Source: an uncultured Candidatus Saccharibacteria bacterium (GTDB lineage: Bacteria; Patescibacteriota; Minisyncoccia; Phycocordibacterales; UBA2100). Taken from it: DNA of 64,000 bases. Of this stretch, positions 38,929-46,444 are shown in pieces. How positions within the stretch are numbered: position 1 is the stretch's first letter; every line of letters begins with the position of its first letter. The notes under the pieces were generated by a model. The model searched no databases and was not told the DNA's origin. It was given only the letters and a program-made list of their open reading frames with translations. The stretch spans positions 2,315 through 66,314 of the forward strand of contig CAYNRJ010000001.1 of the NCBI GenBank assembly GCA_964399865.1, given 5' to 3'. A program made the translations under genes and the position numbers.

Positions 38929-38975
38929 GAGGGCCGCGGCAACTTCGGTTGCCCGCGGCCCTCTCGCTTTTTGTC
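38929..38975 (+). terminator. Strong GC-rich rho-independent terminator (gagggccgcgg…ccgcggccctc followed by tcgctttttgt).
   Basis: Sequence read directly; 11-bp GC stem followed by a T5 run. Confidence 0.65.
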
Positions 38976-39014
38976 CCTACCGTATTCGTCAGAGTATTGC
39001 TATTGTATTGATAC

Positions 39015-39764
39015 ATGAAGGTTATCGTCGATGGTCTCGCGACCGAATACCGCGATGAGGGGCAAGGACTCGTCATTCTCATGCTTCATGGGTGGATGAA
39101 CGCAGTCGATAGTTTTGATGAAATCACGAAGCGTCTACATAACTCCCATCGCATAATTCGCGTGGACTTACCCGGATTTGGCGGTACAGAAAGACCCCAA
39201 GATTCGTGGGATGTCGGAAAGTACGCCTCATTCGTTGCGCATTTTATAGAGAAAATAGGCCTTGGCACGTATGCTTTAGTCGGGCACTCGTTTGGAGGAA
39301 GAATCACAATTAAAGGAGCTTCTGAAGGCATTTTGCGCCCCTCTCGCATAATTCTGATCGGTGCTGCAGGTATTCCACGAAAGCGGACTTTGTACCACAA
39401 GCTCTTAACAGCCTTGGCAAAAATCGCGAAATTCTTTACAGCAATCCCGCCGCTCTCAATTTGGCGTCAACAAATAAGGAAGAAGGTATACGAGCGAATT
39501 GGGAGCGATTATTTTCTCGCGGGCAGGCTTTCGGATATTTATCTAAAGGTCATTAAAGAAGATCTAAGCGTACATGCAACAAATATCTCGGTTCCGACTT
39601 TGCTTTTGTGGGGAGAGAACGATACAGCTACACCTGTCGCTGATGGAAAGAAGTTCGCAACGCTCGTTAAAGGCTCGATACTCAAAACATATCCAAATGT
39701 TGGACATTTCGTGCACCAAGAAAGGCCTGATGAAGTAGTAGCTGAAATAAAGAAATTCGTATGA
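39015..39764 (+). CDS. Alpha/beta-fold hydrolase.
   Basis: HGW…, GHSFGG nucleophile elbow, C-terminal GHFVHQERP. Confidence 0.75.
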   Translation: MKVIVDGLATEYRDEGQGLVILMLHGWMNAVDSFDEITKRLHNSHRIIRVDLPGFGGTERPQDSWDVGKYASFVAHFIEKIGLGTYALVGHSFGGRITIKGASEGILRPSRIILIGAAGIPRKRTLYHKLLTALAKIAKFFTAIPPLSIWRQQIRKKVYERIGSDYFLAGRLSDIYLKVIKEDLSVHATNISVPTLLLWGENDTATPVADGKKFATLVKGSILKTYPNVGHFVHQERPDEVVAEIKKFV

Positions 39765-41185
39765 AGAAGTTTCTCTCTCGTTATCACCCACGTGCGATAC
39801 GCTCACTCGTATATATGCTTCAGGCGAGTGAGTACGGGGTCCGTGAGTATCTACACTGGCTTCACCGCACTTCCGATTTTCTTGATGTGGAACGCAGAAA
39901 GCAGCTTACTTTTACCAAAAAGGCGTTGATACTTCTCGGTATAGGTTGGGGGATCGTATTGGCGGTCATTGTTGCGATTGTTTTTGCATTCATATTATTT
40001 CCTCAGCCGTGGAACATCGCAGCCTCAATACTTCTGGTGTTGCTTACGCCCTTTATGCTCTCGTATGGGCTTGCGCTCGCGGTATGGAAGCTACGCCTCT
40101 TACAATTTCCAATTGAATACATTTTTACAAAGCTCGCCCATCTTTCCCTAAAGCGCCATAAGGGAGTGAAAATTGCGATAGCAGGAAGCTATGGCAAAAC
40201 AAGTATGCGGGAGATCCTCAAGACTGTTCTTTCAGAAGGGAAGAAAGTGGCCGCTCCTCCTGGGAGCTACAACACACCACTAGCTGTCGCGAAATTTGTG
40301 CGCGGATTAAAGGGGGACGAAGACGTTCTTATATTTGAAATCGGAGAATATTATCCCGGAGATGTGCGAAAGCTTGCGCGGATAGTCTGTCCCGAATGGG
40401 GCATCATTACGGGGATCAATGAAGCGCACCTCGAGAAATTCAAAACACTCGAACGTACCGCCAGAACTATTTTTGAGCTGGCCTACGAAGTGAAGCCGAC
40501 GCATTTATACGTAAATGACGAAAGTACGCTTGTGCGCAAACATGCCACGATCGGAAACATTCTCTACACACGTCTCGGAACAGAATCATGGCTCGTGAGT
40601 GACCCTACGACGGGACTTACCGGAACTACGTTTAAGATCTCAAATGGACCCGAGGTAATACAAGGCGAGTCGAAACTTCTCGGACTTCATATGCTCGGGC
40701 CCCTTTCCGTTGCCGTCGATTTAGCTAAGCGACTCGGACTCACAACTGAGCAGATCCAGAAAGGCATTGCGAAAACGAAGCCGTTCGACCATCGCTTGGA
40801 GGTCAAACAGTGGGAAGGTGGTGTTACATTTCTTGATGATAGTTATAACGGTAATCCAGATGGCGTAAAGGCGGTTATTTCGTTCCTCTCAGGGCTCAGT
40901 GCGCGGAGATTTTATGTGACTCCCGGACTAGTAGAGGCTGGTTCTCATGTGCGAGAAGTGCACGAAGAAATAGGCAAACAGCTCGCGAAAGCGAATATTG
41001 AAAAAGTGGTTCTTATCCGCAATTCTGTTACGCCTCATATTCGGAATGGCCTTAAGGAAGCTAGCTTCAAGGGTGATCTACTCGAATATCACGACATGCC
41101 TACAGCTCTTAATGCCTTGCGCTCTCTAACGCTCCCGGGAGATGTTGTATTGATCCAGAACGACTGGCCCGACCAGTATAAGTGA
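39761..41185 (+). CDS. murF: Mur ligase family protein (MurF-like UDP-MurNAc-peptide ligase) with an unusual N-terminal ~115-aa membrane domain (2 TM).
   Basis: IAIAGSYGKTSMREIL P-loop, Mur ligase middle and C-terminal pattern; TMs LILLGIGWGIVLAVIVAIVFAFILF and ILLVLLTPFMLSYGLALAVW. Confidence 0.6.
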   Translation: MKKFLSRYHPRAIRSLVYMLQASEYGVREYLHWLHRTSDFLDVERRKQLTFTKKALILLGIGWGIVLAVIVAIVFAFILFPQPWNIAASILLVLLTPFMLSYGLALAVWKLRLLQFPIEYIFTKLAHLSLKRHKGVKIAIAGSYGKTSMREILKTVLSEGKKVAAPPGSYNTPLAVAKFVRGLKGDEDVLIFEIGEYYPGDVRKLARIVCPEWGIITGINEAHLEKFKTLERTARTIFELAYEVKPTHLYVNDESTLVRKHATIGNILYTRLGTESWLVSDPTTGLTGTTFKISNGPEVIQGESKLLGLHMLGPLSVAVDLAKRLGLTTEQIQKGIAKTKPFDHRLEVKQWEGGVTFLDDSYNGNPDGVKAVISFLSGLSARRFYVTPGLVEAGSHVREVHEEIGKQLAKANIEKVVLIRNSVTPHIRNGLKEASFKGDLLEYHDMPTALNALRSLTLPGDVVLIQNDWPDQYK

Positions 41186-41330
41186 GGGTAGCGACGCTCG
41201 CCGACACTGCACTCTTCGGGTCGCTATCTGACCGTGCTCTGTCAGCGCTCGGGCTTGACGCCGATGCGTCTGCGCAGACCCTCAGAGCGCACCGTCGACT
41301 CGCTTTGCATGGGATGGAATCTAGAGAAAT
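41186..41330. repeat. GC-rich multi-hairpin spacer between murF-like and ddl; it shares the 15-mer ctgcgcagaccctc(a/g) and other short motifs with the element after groEL.
   Basis: Hairpins gcgac…gtcgc, ctgac-cgtgctct-gtcag, gacgc-cgat-gcgtc, tgcgc-agaccctcaga-gcgca read directly. Confidence 0.4.
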
Positions 41331-41383
41331 ACCACAGAAATATACCCTTCGACGGGCTCCTCTGGTGGGGTAGAATGAAGTGT

Positions 41384-42550
41384 ATGAAGACGATAGCGGT
41401 CATTTTTGGGGGTAAAAGTGCAGAGCACGACGTTTCCATAATCACTGCTCATATTCCGATAATCGAAACACTTATTGCGAGTGGAAAGTTTGATGTGTGG
41501 CCCGTATACATTGCAAAGGATGGTGCGTGGTACGCCGATAAAGTGATGAACGATCTAGCGTTCTTCAAGCAGGCAGGATGGGAAGGAAAGGTAGGTAAGA
41601 TGAAGAAGGTAGAGTTATTGTTCGATAACGGATTGAAATTAAAGTGGCCGGGCCTTGTGCAGAAGAAAGTCGCAATTGATGTGGTATTTCCAGCGATGCA
41701 TGGAACGTATGGCGAAGACGGTTCGCTTATGGGGCTGCTTCGCATGGCCGGAGTTCCCTTCGTTGGGTGCGATATTTTTGCCTCCGCTGTTGCGATGGAT
41801 AAAGTCCTCACGAAGCAGGTGATCGCGGCAGAGCTCATCCCGATAGTGCCGTACATATGGTTTACTCGTTCCGAGTGGGAAAAAGATAAACATACAATAC
41901 TTGAAAAAGCTAAAGCGCTGCATCTTCCAGTTTTCGTAAAGCCTGTGCACCTCGGGTCTTCGATTGGCATAACGAAAGCAAAAACAGAGCATGAGCTCAT
42001 TAATGCTATTGATGTAGCGTGTCACTATGATGACAAGGTTCTTGTCGAAATTGCAATCGAGCCTCTCATCGAGATCACACTCCCAATAATGGGAAATGAT
42101 GAGCCTCGTACAGCTGAATGCGAACAGCCGCTCAACAAGACAGAATTTTTTGACTTTAAAGATAAGTATCTCTCAGGTGGCGGTAAAAAAGGCGGGAGCG
42201 GTGGAGCAAATAATGCCTATAGTGACATTCCTGCCAAAATTGGTGACGAGCTCACGAAAAAGGTAAAGGAGATGGGTCTTAAAGTGTATCGGGCGCTAGG
42301 GCTTGCAGGAACCTCTCGCGTAGATTTCCTTATACATGCGGACACGAAAGAGGTGTATGTGAATGAAGTAAATACATTGCCAGGCAGTTTGTATCATCAC
42401 AATTGGAAAAAGGCCGGGGTCTCTAATATGGATCTCGTGCTCGAACTTGTCCGTCTCGCAGAAGATCGTTTTCAAAAACAGAAGGATACGACTCACACAT
42501 TCACCTCCGATATATTGCAAAAAGTAGGCGGACCAAAACTTCAGAAATAG
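41384..42550 (+). CDS. ddl: D-alanine--D-alanine ligase (start at internal Met MKTIAVIFGGKS).
   Basis: IAVIFGGKSAEHDVSI, ATP-grasp motifs, Gly-rich insertion GGGKKGGSGG. Confidence 0.8.
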   Translation: MKTIAVIFGGKSAEHDVSIITAHIPIIETLIASGKFDVWPVYIAKDGAWYADKVMNDLAFFKQAGWEGKVGKMKKVELLFDNGLKLKWPGLVQKKVAIDVVFPAMHGTYGEDGSLMGLLRMAGVPFVGCDIFASAVAMDKVLTKQVIAAELIPIVPYIWFTRSEWEKDKHTILEKAKALHLPVFVKPVHLGSSIGITKAKTEHELINAIDVACHYDDKVLVEIAIEPLIEITLPIMGNDEPRTAECEQPLNKTEFFDFKDKYLSGGGKKGGSGGANNAYSDIPAKIGDELTKKVKEMGLKVYRALGLAGTSRVDFLIHADTKEVYVNEVNTLPGSLYHHNWKKAGVSNMDLVLELVRLAEDRFQKQKDTTHTFTSDILQKVGGPKLQK

Positions 42551-42553
42551 AAC

Positions 42554-43264
42554 ATGTCCGAAAAGAGAAAATTCGCGGTATTTGATGTCGACGGGACCAT
42601 TTTTCGATCAAGCCTATTAATCCAAGTTGTAGATAAGCTTATCGATACTGGGGCGTTCCCTCCTGAAGCTCAAAAAATGTATGAGCGAGAACATGAAAAA
42701 TGGCTTGATCGGGAAGGTGATTACGAAGAGTACGTAGATGGTGTGGTACGAACCTTTCGCCAGCATTTGAAGGGGATTCACTACAGTGTGCTCGCCGATA
42801 CTGCAGATGCCATGGTCGAGAGACAATGGAAAAGAACATACCGCTACACTCGCGACCTTTTAAAGAGTTTAAAAGAAAGGGGTTATTTTCTCCTTGCAGT
42901 CTCGCATTCCCCCAAAACTGTCCTCGATAAATTTTGCCCACGACTTGGATTCGATAAAGCCTACGGCATTGTGTATGAGATCGGGCCGCAGGAGTGCTTC
43001 ACAGGAGGGATCGTCGACGAACATCTCATTATGAACAAGGCGAATATCGTTCGTCGTGCCGTTGAAAAAGAGGGGCTCACGCTCTCCCATTCTATCGGAG
43101 TTGGAGATACGGAATCTGATGTTCCATTTCTAGAGCTAGTAGCAAAGCCACTTTGCTTTAACCCAAACAAAAAACTCTACCGTTATGCAAAACGCATGGG
43201 TTGGAAAGTGATAGTTGAACGGAAAGATGTCGTATACGAGCTTGGGAAGAGTGATTTGGTATAG
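42554..43264 (+). CDS. HAD-superfamily hydrolase (HAD-IB / phosphoserine-phosphatase-like).
   Basis: FAVFDVDGTIF motif I, GVGDTESD motif IV. Confidence 0.65.
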   Translation: MSEKRKFAVFDVDGTIFRSSLLIQVVDKLIDTGAFPPEAQKMYEREHEKWLDREGDYEEYVDGVVRTFRQHLKGIHYSVLADTADAMVERQWKRTYRYTRDLLKSLKERGYFLLAVSHSPKTVLDKFCPRLGFDKAYGIVYEIGPQECFTGGIVDEHLIMNKANIVRRAVEKEGLTLSHSIGVGDTESDVPFLELVAKPLCFNPNKKLYRYAKRMGWKVIVERKDVVYELGKSDLV

Positions 43265-43282
43265 GGGGGGGTGATGCTGACG

Positions 43283-43393
43283 TCGCGACAGCCAGTGCAT
43301 ATTTTGCCGTCGCTGTCTGTGCCTGCTGGCACAGCGCTGCCTCTCGGCTCGTCAGCCTGCGAGACACGGCAAAATACGCACCGGTTGCCACTC
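43283..43393. ncRNA. Copy A of a repeated GC-rich structured element (candidate structured RNA): a long closing helix around two internal hairpins. It is preceded by a G8 homopolymer directly after the stop codon.
   Basis: Core 43297-43379: gcatattttgccg | gtcgctgtctg tgcc-tgct-ggca cagcg | ctgcc tctcg ggct-cgtc-agcc tg cgaga | cac cggcaaaatacgc. Homologous to 51303-51383 with compensatory changes. Confidence 0.45.
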
Positions 43394-43458
43394 CTTACAA
43401 TGCAGGTTGGTGAGTTAAGAGATGGGGGCGAAGGACGGATTTGATATAATGGTGTTGT

Positions 43459-43692
43459 ATGAACAAAAAGCTATATCGAATACCACAAAAAGCCATGATC
43501 GCTGGCGTTATAGCCGGTTTTGCCGACTACTTTAAGGTTGATGTAACGATGTTGCGCATAGTCTTTGTCCTCTTCGTTCTGGCGACAGGTTTGTTTCCAG
43601 GGGTGATTGGTTACATAGTTGCCGTCCTCATTATGCCTATTGAATCGACTGTCATTCATGAGGTCAAAGACGAATTCTCACAGCAGGGATAG
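43459..43692 (+). CDS. PspC-domain membrane protein.
   Basis: KLYRIPQKAMIAGVIAGFADYFKVDVTMLRIVFVLFVL matches PspC domain consensus. Confidence 0.65.
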   Translation: MNKKLYRIPQKAMIAGVIAGFADYFKVDVTMLRIVFVLFVLATGLFPGVIGYIVAVLIMPIESTVIHEVKDEFSQQG

Positions 43693-44461
43693 GGAGATCA
43701 TCGCATTCAGACAGAACGTCTGGAAACATTACCAGGCGAATGGTCGTCACGATCTTCCGTGGAGAAAAACAAAAAATCCGTATCGGATACTAGTGTCAGA
43801 AGTGATGCTCCAACAGACGCAGGTATCCCGTGCATTGTCGAAGTACAAAGAATTTTTGAGATCGTTCCCAACGGTACGCGCACTCGCACATGCACCACTT
43901 CAGGATGTCTTAAAGATTTGGAGCGGGCTTGGATACAATCGTCGCGCAAAATTCCTCTACGAAGCCGCAAAAAAGGTCACCACGCAATATAAAGGGCGCT
44001 TTCCTAAAGAGTATTCTGCCTTGCGCACTCTTCCAGGCGTAGGTGATTACACGGCGAAGGCAGTTCGCGTGTTCGCCTTTAATGAGCCCGAGACTCTAAT
44101 TGAGACGAACGTACGCACTGTCTTTATTCACACCTTCTTTCCCACAAGGAAGATATCTGACACCTCAGTGCTTAAGCTGGCGCGTATAGCGGCAGAGGGC
44201 CAGGATCCGCGTAGGTGGCATTCTGCACTGATGGATTACGGCGCGCATTTAAAGCAATCCGGCGTACGTATAAACTCACGAAGCAAGCACTATGTTAAGC
44301 AATCCAAATTTGAAGGGTCGCTTCGGCAGGTCCGTGGAGCGATCTTAAAAGCAGTTACACAAATGACTCCCATTGAGGAAGTGCGTAGTCGATACACTGC
44401 TCAGTTTGATTCAGTATTTGCGACACTTGTGAGAGAGGGGCTTATTACACGCTCACAATAA
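43658..44461 (+). CDS. MutY/EndoIII-family HhH-GPD glycosylase (A/G-specific adenine glycosylase-like N-terminus), apparently lacking the C-terminal 4Cys FeS cluster; it overlaps the end of the PspC gene.
   Basis: FRQNVWKHYQANGRHDLPWRKTKNPYRILVSEVMLQQTQVSRALSKYKEFLRSFPTVRALAHAPLQDVLKIWSGLGYNRRAKFLYEAAKKV closely follows the MutY N-terminal pattern; no Cys cluster near the C-terminus. Confidence 0.65.
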   Translation: MRSKTNSHSRDREIIAFRQNVWKHYQANGRHDLPWRKTKNPYRILVSEVMLQQTQVSRALSKYKEFLRSFPTVRALAHAPLQDVLKIWSGLGYNRRAKFLYEAAKKVTTQYKGRFPKEYSALRTLPGVGDYTAKAVRVFAFNEPETLIETNVRTVFIHTFFPTRKISDTSVLKLARIAAEGQDPRRWHSALMDYGAHLKQSGVRINSRSKHYVKQSKFEGSLRQVRGAILKAVTQMTPIEEVRSRYTAQFDSVFATLVREGLITRSQ

Positions 44462-46409
44462 CCGGGATCACGATAGGGCGCTTTGTTGTTCTCTGAAGAA
44501 GGAAGCGAGACACAGATTCAGCGAGATCTTCACGAGCTGCATCGAGGTCTGCTGCGCGAGGATTTCTCATTGAGGTCTCAACACTCTTGCGGATAATAAG
44601 ACGTGTCTGGTCCATCAATTCCTTGTTGTCACGAAGGTACACGAATCCGCGCGAGATAATGTCGGGCGACTTATGGAGACGGCCGCTACGGCGATCAACT
44701 GTCGCAACAACCACGCAGAAACCTTCTTGCCCAAGTGCCTTGCGGTCACGCATGAGGACATCGGAGAGGGTGGATACTGTGTTGCCTTCAACGACATGTA
44801 ATTCAGAAGGCGCTTTAACGGGAAGCTTCACGATCTTTTCTCCGCCGTTCTGGATCTCAATAAGAGAGCCGTTGTCTGGGACCATAATGTTCTCCGGCTT
44901 TACGCCCATTTCAACAGCAAGGTCTACGTGGACACGAAGCATGTAGTGATAGCCGTGGACTGGAATAAAGAATTTTGGTTTGATCTGACGATGGATCCAC
45001 GCGGCTTCCTCACGGTTGCCGTGACCCGAGGCATGCACATCGCTCGCGTGATAGGTGATGATGTGTGCACCCTGACGGGAGAGGTTGTCTTTCAATTTCT
45101 GCACAGCACGCTCGTTTCCTGGGATGACGGAAGATGAAAGCACGACTGTGTCAGTCGGCTGAAGACGGATGTATTTGTGCGTCTTGTTACCAATACGAGC
45201 AAGAGAAGCGAATTCGTCGCCCTGAGCACCCGTTGCGAGGATAATTATCTTTTCTGGTGCGTACTGTGCGAGATTCTCGACAGCAACCACGGTATCGTCT
45301 TTGTATTTGATGAGTCCGATCTCGCGAGCGATCTCAATGTTGGTGCGCATAGACCTTCCGTCGATGACGATCTTCTTGCCGTTCTCTTCAGCGAAATGGA
45401 CGACGCGGATAAGACGCTCAAGGTGGGAGGCGAACATCGCGACGATGAGTCGGCCCTTTGTCTTTTTAATTATGTCTTCAAGCGTGCGGTACACGATCGC
45501 TTCTGGGATGGACCAGCCAGGCTGCCATACGTTGGTGGAGTCCATGAGTAGGGCAAGCACTTTGCGATGATGGAACACAGAGAATTCCTGATGCTCCTCT
45601 TCGCTTGGCTCGCCTGCGTCGTGGTTCAGCTTGATGTCTCCAGTGAAAACAACGTCACCGTAGGGAGTTTCGATGATGATACCCATGGAATCCGGCACAG
45701 TGTGAGTGACACCGAAGAATCGGATCGTCGTCGCACCAAGTTTGATGACCTCATCCTTTTCAACTTCGCGAATGTTGAGTTGTGGCAGGTGAGAGAATTC
45801 TTCCTGGCGTTTTTTTACCATCATGCCGGTCAGTTTTCGTGTGTAGATAGTCGGATTCCCAATACGATCAATGATGTAGGGAATACCGCCTATGTGGTCT
45901 AGGTGACCGTGCGAAATAAGTAGACCTCGGATCTTGTCGCGACGCTCTTCAAGGTATGTTGTGTTGGGAAGGATGTAATCAACGCCGGGCGTCTCGTCCT
46001 CGCGGAATTGGAAACCACAGTCGAGAATAAAAATATCATTTCCGACTTCGACTGCTGTCATGTTGCGACCGATCTCCTCGACTCCACCGAGAGGAATTAT
46101 GCGGACTGTGTCTTCAGCAGGAATAGGAAGAGGAGCTGATGCGGGTCTGACTTGGCCCTCTCGCTTGTGTTCTACGCGAGTTTTACCGCGTCGTGGTGGA
46201 TGCATACCGCGTCCTCCGCCACCCATGCGGCGGGGTCCACGGCTCGGTCCACGGTCTCCGAAACCTCTCCTCATTGGAGGGCGAGCTGTGCCTGGACGAC
46301 TTGGCTGTGGCGGACGAGCGCCTCCTCGGGTGTCGCCAGAAGCAGCGCCTTCGGATTTCTCAGAAGGAGGAACGTAGGAGTTTGTTGGATTAGGTTCGTT
46401 AGGGGTCAT
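44445..46409 (-). CDS. rnj: Ribonuclease J (beta-CASP metallo-beta-lactamase) with a ~100-aa R/G/P-rich N-terminal extension.
   Basis: HGHLDHIGG, beta-CASP motifs; N-terminal …RGGARPPQPSRPGTARPPMRRGFGDRGPSRGPRRMGGGGRG…. Confidence 0.85.
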   Translation of the reverse strand: MTPNEPNPTNSYVPPSEKSEGAASGDTRGGARPPQPSRPGTARPPMRRGFGDRGPSRGPRRMGGGGRGMHPPRRGKTRVEHKREGQVRPASAPLPIPAEDTVRIIPLGGVEEIGRNMTAVEVGNDIFILDCGFQFREDETPGVDYILPNTTYLEERRDKIRGLLISHGHLDHIGGIPYIIDRIGNPTIYTRKLTGMMVKKRQEEFSHLPQLNIREVEKDEVIKLGATTIRFFGVTHTVPDSMGIIIETPYGDVVFTGDIKLNHDAGEPSEEEHQEFSVFHHRKVLALLMDSTNVWQPGWSIPEAIVYRTLEDIIKKTKGRLIVAMFASHLERLIRVVHFAEENGKKIVIDGRSMRTNIEIAREIGLIKYKDDTVVAVENLAQYAPEKIIILATGAQGDEFASLARIGNKTHKYIRLQPTDTVVLSSSVIPGNERAVQKLKDNLSRQGAHIITYHASDVHASGHGNREEAAWIHRQIKPKFFIPVHGYHYMLRVHVDLAVEMGVKPENIMVPDNGSLIEIQNGGEKIVKLPVKAPSELHVVEGNTVSTLSDVLMRDRKALGQEGFCVVVATVDRRSGRLHKSPDIISRGFVYLRDNKELMDQTRLIIRKSVETSMRNPRAADLDAAREDLAESVSRFLLQRTTKRPIVIPVIVSV

Positions 46410-46444
46410 ATAGGAATTTCTAATACGTAATTAATAGATATCTG

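Noticed and set aside
38414-39058. Long alternative-frame ORFs (38414..39058 + and 38463..38678 -) overlapping gene 38298..38918.
   Set aside because: Artefact of the high GC content of this islet: stop codons are rare in all frames. Only the frame with a sensible TM-helix pattern and start/RBS context was kept.
46060-46430. Plus-strand ORFs opposite the 5' end of rnj.
   Set aside because: They lie antisense to the GC-rich R/G/P-rich N-terminal extension of RNase J; chance open frames.
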